DNA of 64,000 nt from a virus (taxonomy: Duplodnaviria; Heunggongvirae; Uroviricota; Caudoviricetes): the IMG/VR virus record IMGVR_UViG_3300042868_009434; one strand, 5' to 3'. Below are positions 1-8,944 of the stretch, one piece after another. The position numbers and the translations under genes were made by a program. Position 1 is the first letter of the stretch, and the number at the start of each line of letters is the position of its first letter. Below the pieces are notes generated by a model. It had not been told where the DNA came from. It made no database searches and was given only the letters and a program-made list of their open reading frames with translations.

Positions 1-537
1 CTCTTTTTGAAGTCTCCAAGTTATTTTTGGAACTACTCTACCTTGAGGGTACGTCGATTCTAACTTACTAATTTCCATTATTTCACCATAATTTAATGGT
101 TTTAACTTAATTGTTGCATTAGATTTTGGTAATATAGTTGTAAATGTCCCATCCTCATTTGGAGACTGGCCTTTAATAACATTTAATTCGTCAAGAGCTA
201 CAGTCGTTTTGAATGGTTTTTTAGTAAATGGGTCAATTAAATTTAAATCCATTTCAGGTCCAAATGCAGTATTTCTTAAAAACACCAATATTGACTCAAC
301 ATCACCTTCAATCATATCTTCAATCCTAAGGTCTGGTTCGTAAATTTTATTTCTTAATAAATTTGTGGTAATATCTAACCCACCTGCCATTAAAATATTT
401 TCATCAGAGGCGGTTAAATAACCCACCTTGATTGATTTTTTTTTGTTTTTGTAAAAAACTCCACCTGATGGTAATGGTACCACATCGTGAGGTAAAGTAA
501 AATTTTGTTGTCCGTAATCTGTTGTTTGATTTTCCAT
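1..537 (-). CDS. Baseplate hub subunit, T4 gp26-like (partial, runs off window start)
   Basis: Not in the ORF track. Manual translation from ATG at 537 gives MENQTTDYGQQNFTLPHDVVPLPSGGVFY...KVGYLTASDENIL, open to base 1. The LPSxG and LTAxDExIL motifs resemble gp26-like hub proteins, and the gene lies downstream of the tail tube gene. Confidence 0.6.
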   Translation of the reverse strand, partial: MENQTTDYGQQNFTLPHDVVPLPSGGVFYKNKKKSIKVGYLTASDENILMAGGLDITTNLLRNKIYEPDLRIEDMIEGDVESILVFLRNTAFGPEMDLNLIDPFTKKPFKTTVALDELNVIKGQSPNEDGTFTTILPKSNATIKLKPLNYGEIMEISKLESTYPQGRVVPKITWRLQKE

Positions 538-539
538 AT

Positions 540-575
540 AAAAAAATAACCGTAAAGTTTATTGTCTTTACGGTT
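540..575 (-). terminator. Rho-independent terminator after tail tube gene
   Basis: AACCGTAAAG-N8-CTTTACGGTT stem followed by a T-tract on the minus strand. Confidence 0.75.
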
Positions 576-609
576 AAATATAATTAGTATTGATTTTTTA
601 TAAAGAGTA

Positions 610-1098
610 TTAGTAAACTAAAACACATCTATCCATTCTTAATGATGCTGTAATATCCGCAAGAGCGTCAGTACTATATCCTAATGAACCAAAATTCACT
701 CCTGTTAAGAATGTACCATATAAAATCCATTTCTCAACAACAACTCCTGTTGGGTCTAACATCTCAAGGTCAATGTCTTTTTTATAACCTGCAGCATAAC
801 CCATACGACCTGTTACAGATTCTGCGTGTAAACGAACCCACTCCATAAGAGCTTGAGACGCAGATGGTCCAATTGGGTCTCTGAATTTAACTGAAATCTC
901 ATCCCAGTTAAATCTTCCCGCAACATACGTTGAGGTATTTAAAAATTGAATTTCCGTAGATGCAATTTTAATTGAAGGTCTTGAAGCACTTTCTACAAAC
1001 CATTCGTTAATCCCTAAGCTTGATGGAAACCTTAGTATGAATCGATTCTGTCTTTTCGGTTCGTAAGGAATCGGCATTTTCATCAATAAATCAGCCAT
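610..1098 (-). CDS. gp19: Tail tube protein (T4 gp19-like)
   Basis: 162 aa with EPKRQNRF, RPS, W..I.V.F.D and YKKDIDLEMLDPTG.VVEKWILYG motifs typical of myovirus tube proteins; located near the sheath gene. Confidence 0.85.
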   Translation of the reverse strand: MADLLMKMPIPYEPKRQNRFILRFPSSLGINEWFVESASRPSIKIASTEIQFLNTSTYVAGRFNWDEISVKFRDPIGPSASQALMEWVRLHAESVTGRMGYAAGYKKDIDLEMLDPTGVVVEKWILYGTFLTGVNFGSLGYSTDALADITASLRMDRCVLVY

Positions 1099-1132
1099 AT
1101 TATTTTAAATTAGTTTTTCTTTGTTTATTATC

Positions 1133-1139
1133 ATAAATA
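1133..1139 (-). promoter_or_regulatory. TATTTAT putative late promoter motif (tail tube)
   Basis: ATAAATA on the plus strand, about 35 nt upstream of the start. The same motif precedes most structural genes. Confidence 0.55.
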
Positions 1140-1202
1140 TATCCAAACGGAAAATATTTTTATTGACTTTCTGAAATTAAATCTTTATCATTATATTCCA
1201 GT

Positions 1203-1277
1203 CTAGTTTATTTAATTCTAGTTAATTTAACTAGTTTTTTTAATTATTTATTTAATACTAGTTCTTAATAACTAGTT
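1203..1277. repeat. Array of five CTAGTT motifs with about 14-bp periodicity
   Basis: CTAG at 1203, 1218, 1231, 1258 and 1272 in an otherwise almost pure A/T intergenic spacer. Confidence 0.7.
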
Positions 1278-2106
1278 AATATTCTTTTTTTATTCCTCCT
1301 GCGGTTGAATAAGTTTTAACAATATTGTCCGGTTTGTCTTTAAAGTGTTTTTTCATAACCTCCACATTTCGTATGTCATCATCAGAAAACCCAATTGTCG
1401 GTTTTGTAGGAACAAAATTATTACTTACCTCTTTTTTTAAATACACTTTTTTGTCTAAATCATAGGCCATTTCTTTAATGTATTCCACAAATTTCTCCAT
1501 CGCACGAACTTTCGCCTCTTCAGGATTTGCAGCACCTTCCGGGTCATTATAAGAAACTGGATGGTATCTATTCATATTTAGATAAGTTTTAATTAATTCA
1601 TCATCACTCATGTCTTCATCATCATTAATATCTCGATACTTTCTTAAGTTTTTAACTAACTCATCTTTATCAATACCATTAAACCCTGATATGATATAAT
1701 TATATACCGCCTCTTTTAATGTATTAGGATTATGACCTCTTGCAGTTATAATAGAAAATATTGAACCATTGTTAATTGCCTCTCTAAAATCATCAAATGC
1801 AGGCCCTAATTTGGCTCTCATTGCATCAATTAAAAAATCTTTATCACCTGGTGTTTGGAAATTTTTAAATGGTTCGTCACTATATCCTACAATAGTTTCA
1901 CCTTTATAGTTAAATGGTTCATCACCTATTTGATGTCTATACTCAGCAAAATCATCAGTACTCATACCTATCTCATCACCATCTTCATTCTTAAGGATAA
2001 TCTTAGTTGGCATATGAACAACATTATCATCCCAATCGAAAGCATAATACTTCATATCGGGTGTTCCCATTTCATCTATCCCTTCATTTAATCTAATCTT
2101 TCTCAT
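1276..2106 (-). CDS. HAD-superfamily phosphatase-like protein
   Basis: Motif I YAFDWDD, a Thr in ITARG, and motif IV GFSDDD. Confidence 0.65.
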   Translation of the reverse strand: MRKIRLNEGIDEMGTPDMKYYAFDWDDNVVHMPTKIILKNEDGDEIGMSTDDFAEYRHQIGDEPFNYKGETIVGYSDEPFKNFQTPGDKDFLIDAMRAKLGPAFDDFREAINNGSIFSIITARGHNPNTLKEAVYNYIISGFNGIDKDELVKNLRKYRDINDDEDMSDDELIKTYLNMNRYHPVSYNDPEGAANPEEAKVRAMEKFVEYIKEMAYDLDKKVYLKKEVSNNFVPTKPTIGFSDDDIRNVEVMKKHFKDKPDNIVKTYSTAGGIKKEY

Positions 2107-2114
2107 AATTGGCT

Positions 2115-2139
2115 AAAAAGTGGGGACGTATCCCCACTT
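2115..2139 (-). terminator. Rho-independent terminator after tail sheath gene
   Basis: Perfect AAGTGGGGA-CGTA-TCCCCACTT hairpin with a T-tract on the minus strand. Confidence 0.8.
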
Positions 2140-2149
2140 ATGGTTTTTA

Positions 2150-5100
2150 TTAAATATTCTCGAACGAAGCCCCTGTTGGAGTAATGAAGAATTCAATATC
2201 AATGAATTCTAACGCTTTCGTCGGTTTCAAGTAAATTTTACCTGTTAATGTATTTCTATCTAAATCCTCAGGAGATGATGAAACTGTTACACGGAAATCA
2301 TATAAACCTCGGTCTCTTCTGATTGAATCTAAGATAGGGTTAACACTATCTAAGAATTGTTGTCTAACAACTTGGTCGTTTTGTTCAAACAATAATCTTA
2401 CCGCTACTGCTGATATTAACTTACGAGCTTGAAGTAATAATCTTCTTACGTTCAATCTGTTAAGTGCTGTGTCAGCAATTTGTAATGTTTTATTACCCCA
2501 AATAACCGTACCTACATCAGAGAAAGTCGCGATAGGGTTAATTCTACCTTGATATAATGTATCTCTATCTTCTTGAGTTAATTTAACTCTCGCTTTAACT
2601 GAATTTACAAGACCTCTTGTGTAACCCGCTGATGCGAACCATGGGAAAGCAATGTTGTCTGTTAATGCTAAGTTTCTACAAACTTCACCTGTTGCAGGTA
2701 AATAAATTTGTGTGTTATTAACAGTATCTCTTGTTAAAATCCAAGGATAGTAAGTAGCAGTATAGTTAGAGTCAATTCCTGTATTATCTAAGTTATCAAC
2801 CGCCTCTTGAGGATAAATAATATCTTGTGGATTTGTTGAATCCGGTGTATACATTCTATAATCAGGAGTTGTTGTAATATAAACAGAGTCAGCTCTTTGA
2901 AATTGAACCATATCAATTGTTTCCTCAACTAAATTTGAATTATTAACATAATCAATACTTGCGGTTGCTAATACATTAATATTAGTCGCCTCAGGATTTG
3001 CAAATGTTAATATACCAAGTAAGTAAGCGTAATAGTCAGTGTTTGCAAAATCTTGAGTATTATTTTCAACTACAATACGTTTGAATAAACCTTCACCCGT
3101 CGCATTTGGGTATCTTGTTGATACCGATGCTCCCGCTAAAAATCCTGATTGACCTAATTGGAATCTATCTTCATTTGTACGATATTCTCTATAAATGTCC
3201 CATCCATCAAATCCTCCTGCAAAACATAAAGTATACTTTCTTGAGAAAATAAAGTAATATGGATTTTCTTGAGTTTCAGGGTCGTTTCTAAATTCAGCAA
3301 CACCACATTCAAAAGCTGTTTGACCACTTGTATCATAACTATTTGAAATTGTTACAACTGTCGCTCCGGAGTCCATATGGAAACCTTTACTTACATAGTT
3401 CCAAGCAGCACCTTCAACAGGTGTTATAGAGTTAACCCAAGATGCAGGATTTTGTCTTCCTTTATATGATAAGAATGATTCATCAATACCATATTGTGTT
3501 GAGAATCCTAAATAAGTTCTTCTAACAATGTCACCAGGAGATTCAACTAAATTTGAACTACCACTCGCATTTCCAAATGGTGGATTAGCAATTGTCTCAC
3601 CCGGGAAGAAATATTTCGTTTTAAATACAGGATATGGAGACGGGTTAGTAACCGAATCATATTCTCTTTGAGTATATCCTTCAAAACCACAAGGGATTGC
3701 ATCAATTGGTGATTCGTCCGCCATCTCAATCATAACATATTTTGATAATAATGCGTATTCTCCATTTGTTGAACCAATTTTCTTAGCAACGAAGTTGTTA
3801 GAGTTAGGGTCCATATTACAGTTAGTGAATTTTTCAATAACAACTGGGTTAGAGTCGGTATCAAAGAAATTTCTAACTAACACATCAAATGTCATATTAT
3901 TAAATGATAAGTTTGCGATTGAAACTTTAACTTCAGTGTTCGCAGCATCACCATCAGATATTGAAACAAATTTAAATAATTTATAAACTTTATTACCTCT
4001 TAATTCTGACACTAAATAAGGTGTGCTAGGTGATTGATATCTTTCAACACTGTATGCAATTGAATTTGATTGTTGACTTCTTGCCTCAGGTAATGCAATT
4101 AATTCAGGGTTAATACCTTTAATGTATCCTTGATTGTATGCATAAGCCAATGAACCTGGATAAATTTCTTCAACAAATAATGGAACTTCGTTTCTTGATT
4201 TTCCAAAATTATCAACACCTAATACTTTTGTAATAAATTTAGATGAAGTCGCCGATAAGTTAGTTTCAAAGGTGAAAATATCACCATCTTTAGTTACCCC
4301 TGATAATCCAAATGACGCAAATGGATTTTTATCAATATCCGCATATTGGTCAGTATTTAAAATTGTAACATTGTTTTCATTATTTACTTCATAAATTTGT
4401 CCGTGATTATCACTTGATGAACTATTAGTATATAGTGAAATACCTCTTGAACGAAGTGTTGCTACAACCATATTGTTAAATTCAGTGTAAGCAGTACCAA
4501 TAAATGTGTAATAATCACCTGAAATTGTACCTGAGAAAGTTTGTTCGTTACCTATTCCCGTAACCGATAAAGCACTTATATTATAATCAAATGAGTATCC
4601 TGTATAAGCATTACCTGTATAATTGTTAAAATTAGCATAAAACCATGGGTCATTTTCAGATGCCGATAAATCGTTAGTTGCTAAGTTATTTGTATCTGAA
4701 CCAAATTCATTTACAACTGTTGTGTAGTTATCAGTGATTGCATAATAATCTGTTTCAGGGATTGCACCATAAATGAAAGCTGTTGTCGCAGTTAAAGTGT
4801 TATTCCCAACTGCATTATAAATATTTGCAGTAAAATCAGTGTCGAATGTAGATGTACTACCATCAGATAATCTATATTGAGTATCTAAATTCGCTTGAAT
4901 TGCTAATGGGAACGAACCTGAAACGAAATCAACAGTACCACCACTAGTTGCTCCTGTGAAACTTCTATTCCAAGATGTAACACCTGTTGGACTTTGGATT
5001 ATTGTTGTTGGGTCTACATTCGCAGTAACTCTAATACTCCAAGACGGACCAGCATCATATCCTGACAATCCTAAGATTCTTGTCACGAACAACTGATTCG

Positions 5101-5371
5101 ATTGTTGTAAGTAAGATTTAGCTATGTATGCCGCCTCATATTTAGGGATTTGTGTGTTAACAAATTTAGTTGGTTCTGTTCCTCCGAAAAAGGCTTGGAA
5201 CTCATCGTAGTTTGTTATGAATACCGGTTCAAACGCAGGACCTCTTAAAGTCTCACCAACTAAACCTAGGGTAGTAACACCCACACTTTGTGCTACGAAT
5301 GATAAGTCAGTTTCAGAAGTGTACACACCCGGTGAAACGAAAACTTTTTGATTTGCTTGTGCTGTTGCCAT
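2150..5371 (-). CDS. gp18: Tail sheath protein (T4 gp18-like) with large insertions
   Basis: N-terminal FVSPGVYTSETDLS; C-terminal PWFASAG..RG, INPI, WGNKT, LNVRRLL and IYLKPTKALEFI sheath motifs. Confidence 0.93.
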   Translation of the reverse strand: MATAQANQKVFVSPGVYTSETDLSFVAQSVGVTTLGLVGETLRGPAFEPVFITNYDEFQAFFGGTEPTKFVNTQIPKYEAAYIAKSYLQQSNQLFVTRILGLSGYDAGPSWSIRVTANVDPTTIIQSPTGVTSWNRSFTGATSGGTVDFVSGSFPLAIQANLDTQYRLSDGSTSTFDTDFTANIYNAVGNNTLTATTAFIYGAIPETDYYAITDNYTTVVNEFGSDTNNLATNDLSASENDPWFYANFNNYTGNAYTGYSFDYNISALSVTGIGNEQTFSGTISGDYYTFIGTAYTEFNNMVVATLRSRGISLYTNSSSSDNHGQIYEVNNENNVTILNTDQYADIDKNPFASFGLSGVTKDGDIFTFETNLSATSSKFITKVLGVDNFGKSRNEVPLFVEEIYPGSLAYAYNQGYIKGINPELIALPEARSQQSNSIAYSVERYQSPSTPYLVSELRGNKVYKLFKFVSISDGDAANTEVKVSIANLSFNNMTFDVLVRNFFDTDSNPVVIEKFTNCNMDPNSNNFVAKKIGSTNGEYALLSKYVMIEMADESPIDAIPCGFEGYTQREYDSVTNPSPYPVFKTKYFFPGETIANPPFGNASGSSNLVESPGDIVRRTYLGFSTQYGIDESFLSYKGRQNPASWVNSITPVEGAAWNYVSKGFHMDSGATVVTISNSYDTSGQTAFECGVAEFRNDPETQENPYYFIFSRKYTLCFAGGFDGWDIYREYRTNEDRFQLGQSGFLAGASVSTRYPNATGEGLFKRIVVENNTQDFANTDYYAYLLGILTFANPEATNINVLATASIDYVNNSNLVEETIDMVQFQRADSVYITTTPDYRMYTPDSTNPQDIIYPQEAVDNLDNTGIDSNYTATYYPWILTRDTVNNTQIYLPATGEVCRNLALTDNIAFPWFASAGYTRGLVNSVKARVKLTQEDRDTLYQGRINPIATFSDVGTVIWGNKTLQIADTALNRLNVRRLLLQARKLISAVAVRLLFEQNDQVVRQQFLDSVNPILDSIRRDRGLYDFRVTVSSSPEDLDRNTLTGKIYLKPTKALEFIDIEFFITPTGASFENI

Positions 5372-5405
5372 TATCTAATTATTCTATTGCAGATTTATTT
5401 TATAG

Positions 5406-5412
5406 ATAAATA
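5406..5412 (-). promoter_or_regulatory. TATTTAT putative late promoter motif (tail sheath)
   Basis: ATAAATA on the plus strand, about 35 nt upstream of the sheath ATG. Confidence 0.55.
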
Positions 5413-5491
5413 TTCAATAAAATATCAAAAAACTTTACTTTTAGATATGTATTTGTAAAGAGTATGAATTAATTCTACCTTTTTTCTACCT

Positions 5492-5653
5492 ATGAAACAG
5501 ACAAAAGAAATCAAGAATATTAAAATTGACCCCGCCGTACACGACATACTGAAAAAGTACTGTGAAAAGCGAGGATTAAAAATTTATAAGTTTTTGGAAA
5601 AATTAATCGTAGAAACCTGTAAAGAGAAGAAAGATATCTACGGTGAGAATTAA
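5492..5653 (+). CDS. Small ribbon-helix-helix-like DNA-binding protein (53 aa)
   Basis: Not in the ORF track. MKQTKEIKNIKIDPAVHDILKKYCEKRGLKIYKFLEKLIVETCKEKKDIYGEN has an alternating beta-strand (KNIKID) followed by two amphipathic helices, the RHH pattern. Confidence 0.6.
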   Translation: MKQTKEIKNIKIDPAVHDILKKYCEKRGLKIYKFLEKLIVETCKEKKDIYGEN

Positions 5654-6687
5654 ACTAATAAGTTTTCAAACTGAATTGTTGACTCTAAACTATCATCAGT
5701 TTTAATAACATCAATACGTAAAATATCATTAGTGGTTATTTGAATATTTTGAACATCCGTCCCAAAATAATCCCCATTAATATAGACATCATATGAATCT
5801 ACGTTAATCCAATTTGAAAAAGAAAGATTTGCAGTATACGCAACTACATCACTTAAACTATCATTACCTACAATAAATAAATAATTCTCCAAAAACTCAT
5901 TTGGATTTTTTGGAAATTTTTCTCTTTTAGTATTGCCTGTTCCTGTTAATTCCATAAGTTGGGTTACTCTTGCAATTGCAGGCTTAACCTGAAATTCTTC
6001 TTCATCAATCAAATAACCTAACATGGTAAAATCATATGATTGAACATAATACTTCCTTGACTCCAAACTCATTTGAGATTCATCGGAAACATTATTCATA
6101 ATAATTGGAACGTATTGACCCTTGATAAATGTATATGCCTGTCTTGATGAAAACTTCTGCATAATTATTTTATTCAACTGATTAAGTTCTCTCATTCGAT
6201 TACAAATAATCTTAACACTATAATTAATATCCACAGGGACCGGTTGAGGTATTGTGTAGATATCCATTCCCTGTTCGTTTCCATTCCAAGTTGGAACAGA
6301 CGCATAATAGAATTGTTTTCTATCAGGGATTGTATATTGCAATGATGGGTTAGTTCCGAACTTAACCTCGGGACTTCTAACTACCGTGATGAAGGGCGGG
6401 GATGGGTTATAATCTAAATCCACAAATAAGGCAGTCTCAACGTATTGAGTCCAGTTTTGAGTTGTAATTATAATATCCACCATTGGAACTATTTTTCCTG
6501 CGGTGATAACCTCTAAATCATTTTTAACAAAATCTAACATTCCTCTATCCAAATCGGCGTGTAGTACTGATTTAGGAAGATATGTTCCGTCTTTATTAAT
6601 ATATTCCAATAGTTGTTCCCTACGAGCAGACAATGTCTTCTGTGGGACTAATGGTAATGTCGGTATAACTTTCTTTGGTAATGGCAT
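5650..6687 (-). CDS. Tail completion / sheath terminator-like protein (T4 gp15-like)
   Basis: PFITVVR and PQPVPVDINYSVKI...ELNQL...IMQKF motifs resemble gp15-like tail terminators; lies among tail and neck genes. Confidence 0.5.
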   Translation of the reverse strand: MPLPKKVIPTLPLVPQKTLSARREQLLEYINKDGTYLPKSVLHADLDRGMLDFVKNDLEVITAGKIVPMVDIIITTQNWTQYVETALFVDLDYNPSPPFITVVRSPEVKFGTNPSLQYTIPDRKQFYYASVPTWNGNEQGMDIYTIPQPVPVDINYSVKIICNRMRELNQLNKIIMQKFSSRQAYTFIKGQYVPIIMNNVSDESQMSLESRKYYVQSYDFTMLGYLIDEEEFQVKPAIARVTQLMELTGTGNTKREKFPKNPNEFLENYLFIVGNDSLSDVVAYTANLSFSNWINVDSYDVYINGDYFGTDVQNIQITTNDILRIDVIKTDDSLESTIQFENLLV

Positions 6688-6688
6688 T

Positions 6689-7228
6689 TTATTTTTTAAC
6701 TACAAATAATTTATTTTGTGAATTTATCATATCCACTTCAGTGGCACCATAAATTGGTTCTCCACTTGATTTATAAACAAATGAATCATACTTGTACGGG
6801 TTATAGGTAATAATCATATCTGATGACGGGTCCGGAATATTATCACAAGGATATTCACAGAAATCAATTAAATAACCAATAACAAACGCATGGACATTCT
6901 TTGATTTTTCTGAACGAACTCTGTCTTTTCCACCTTTTCTAACTCTAAACTCAACATCCCCTAATTTAACATAATCCGCATGCATTATCACTTTAGATTT
7001 ATATGTCACCGAAAATGTGTGTTTGTGAAGGTTATAATAAACCATAACTCTTTTCCCAATATAATCTTCTTCAGAATTATTGTGTCCACACTTATGACAG
7101 ATGTAAGGGTCGTCACCACCATCGGCTAAATCCCATGACCAACCACACTCATCACAAATTACTTTATCTTTTGTGACAATTTCAAATATTCTTCTTAATT
7201 GAGATTCTTTAACTAATACTTTCATCAT
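6689..7228 (-). CDS. Hypothetical protein: leader, Zn-ribbon and conserved phage domain
   Basis: CxxC...CxxC (CDEC, CHKC) followed by VYYNLHKHTFSV...KNVHAFV...YNPYK, a pattern seen in phage hypotheticals. Confidence 0.45.
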   Translation of the reverse strand: MMKVLVKESQLRRIFEIVTKDKVICDECGWSWDLADGGDDPYICHKCGHNNSEEDYIGKRVMVYYNLHKHTFSVTYKSKVIMHADYVKLGDVEFRVRKGGKDRVRSEKSKNVHAFVIGYLIDFCEYPCDNIPDPSSDMIITYNPYKYDSFVYKSSGEPIYGATEVDMINSQNKLFVVKK

Positions 7229-7632
7229 TAATAATGTGTAGACAACGATTTAACCGGTAAATTAAAATTATCTTGGAACCATTTTTTCATAGGTTCTTCC
7301 CAATATTCATTAAAGACATTGTCTAAATGTTCCGCATATTCACCCATAATTTCTAAAACCGGTGCTTGATTTCTAAACGGTTTATGTGATGGGTCATTTT
7401 CATCATAGAAGTCAACATCAAAATAATTAAAAACTATATCACTATTTTCTTCTCCCTCATATTCTCCTTTATAAAATATTAAAAAGTTTTCATCTTCAAT
7501 ATCCATATCAGAATAACCATCCTCATCTTCACCAAAACCATAAACCCAATCCATTTCACTTGGGTTTAGATAACTATCAAGATACTGATATATTGCGTTA
7601 AATAATTTACTCTCTTTTATTACATATTCCAT
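7228..7632 (-). CDS. Acidic hypothetical protein, tandem paralog A
   Basis: Shares MEYVIKESKLFNAIYQY and W.EP.KKWF...F.LPVK with the neighbouring ORF. Confidence 0.6.
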   Translation of the reverse strand: MEYVIKESKLFNAIYQYLDSYLNPSEMDWVYGFGEDEDGYSDMDIEDENFLIFYKGEYEGEENSDIVFNYFDVDFYDENDPSHKPFRNQAPVLEIMGEYAEHLDNVFNEYWEEPMKKWFQDNFNLPVKSLSTHY

Positions 7633-8021
7633 TAATCAGCCACAATTGTTTTAACAGGTAATTTAAATTTATTTTTAAACCATTTTTTAAAAGGTTCTTT
7701 CCAATACTCCCCAAACATTGATTCTAACGTTCCATAATCATTAACAATTAAAATTGGTGTCTGATTTATAAAAGATTTTCTTGAAGGTTCGTCTTTATAA
7801 TATTCTTTTACGATATAAACAAATAACATCCCATTTTCATCATAATCGCCATCATATTCTTTATTATAAAACTCGATAATATGTGGGTTTTCCGTGTCTT
7901 TCTCCCCGTCTTCATCATATGTTTCCGGATTGAAAAAATCAATTTTATCCACATCATAAGACCCATCAATATACTGATAGATTGCGTTAAATAATTTACT
8001 CTCTTTTATTACGTATTCCAT
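7632..8021 (-). CDS. Acidic hypothetical protein, tandem paralog B
   Basis: Same N- and C-terminal motifs as 7228..7632. Confidence 0.6.
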   Translation of the reverse strand: MEYVIKESKLFNAIYQYIDGSYDVDKIDFFNPETYDEDGEKDTENPHIIEFYNKEYDGDYDENGMLFVYIVKEYYKDEPSRKSFINQTPILIVNDYGTLESMFGEYWKEPFKKWFKNKFKLPVKTIVAD

Positions 8022-8533
8022 TAGATTCCTCTAAATTCATTTTCACTTACATAAGTGGCAACAATACTTCTGTAGAATGGTTTATATCCACCATACGTAT
8101 GTTTATTATCTGACCTAACATATCCGTCATCACTTACCACATAATATCTAACTCTATCTTCTGTTTCATAATATCCAAGATAATCCCCTTGGAATATCTC
8201 AACACCCAATTCATCAAGAGTTTTCTGATACAATGAGAATTTCATATTACCAGGTTCTTGTAATTCAACTCGTGAGTTTCCATAGTTTTTAGATGAAGGT
8301 GCCATTACCTGAACCAAACCTTGTAATTCAACAGGGGCCATGAATTGGATACCATCTTCCGTAACCTCACCATAAACATCATCTGTTTTGGTTTTATATC
8401 TGTCGATACGATATAGGATTACTGTGAAGTTCATATCACCCAATAACCACTCCTCACCCATACCGATGTCTAAAGCGTAATCCTCCGCTCCGAAGAATTT
8501 ACCTAATCTTGTAATTGGAACTAATTTTTGCAT
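8021..8533 (-). CDS. Head closure / neck protein (T4 gp14-like)
   Basis: D.VYGE....F..PVEL and GD.L motifs resemble head-closure proteins; preceded by TATTTAT (8540-8546). Confidence 0.55.
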   Translation of the reverse strand: MQKLVPITRLGKFFGAEDYALDIGMGEEWLLGDMNFTVILYRIDRYKTKTDDVYGEVTEDGIQFMAPVELQGLVQVMAPSSKNYGNSRVELQEPGNMKFSLYQKTLDELGVEIFQGDYLGYYETEDRVRYYVVSDDGYVRSDNKHTYGGYKPFYRSIVATYVSENEFRGI

Positions 8534-8536
8534 ATA

Positions 8537-8567
8537 TTGATAAATACTTCAATATCAACTATATTTA
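8537..8567 (+). promoter_or_regulatory. Putative host-type early promoter of the SET/SNF2 pair, overlapping a divergent TATTTAT motif
   Basis: TTG-N20-TATATTTA (near Bacteroidota TTTG-N19/21-TAnnTTTG; also reads as TTGATA-N17-TATATT). ATAAATA lies at 8540-8546. Confidence 0.45.
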
Positions 8568-8575
8568 ATTCAACT

Positions 8576-8944
8576 ATGAAAATCAGTCCGCCAACTAAAA
8601 TATATCTTAAAGATAGTCCATTACATAACTTGGGTGTTTTTTCTTCACAAAAAATAAAAAAAGGTGAGGTTATCGATACTTGTCCCTTTCTTTCTTTCCC
8701 ACAAAACTCTAAAGAAAAAATACCGGTATTTTCAAACTATACCTTTTGTTACCCTCGTTCCGAAAATTGGACTATACACGCATTGGTCTTAGGTTATGGT
8801 TCCTATTATAACCATTCCGAAAAACCAAATGTTGATTGGTATACAAATGAAGAAGACCAAACATTTGTATATTTCGCAATAAACGATATTAATGACGAAG
8901 AAGAATTGTTAATTAATTATGGTAATGGGTCTTTATTTGAGTAA
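8576..8944 (+). CDS. SET-domain protein (lysine methyltransferase fold)
   Basis: S.LHNLGVFS...IKKGEVI, YNHS..PN and I...EEL.INYG SET motifs. The start was moved from 8528 to the ATG at 8576 to lie downstream of the promoter. Confidence 0.88.
   Translation: MKISPPTKIYLKDSPLHNLGVFSSQKIKKGEVIDTCPFLSFPQNSKEKIPVFSNYTFCYPRSENWTIHALVLGYGSYYNHSEKPNVDWYTNEEDQTFVYFAINDINDEEELLINYGNGSLFE

Noticed and set aside
8528-8575. Track start of the SET ORF at 8528 (likewise 17101 for the BppU-like ORF and 57522 for the early gene)
   Set aside because: These extensions overlap neighbouring genes or promoters; downstream ATGs at 8576, 16996 and 57558 fit the promoter positions.
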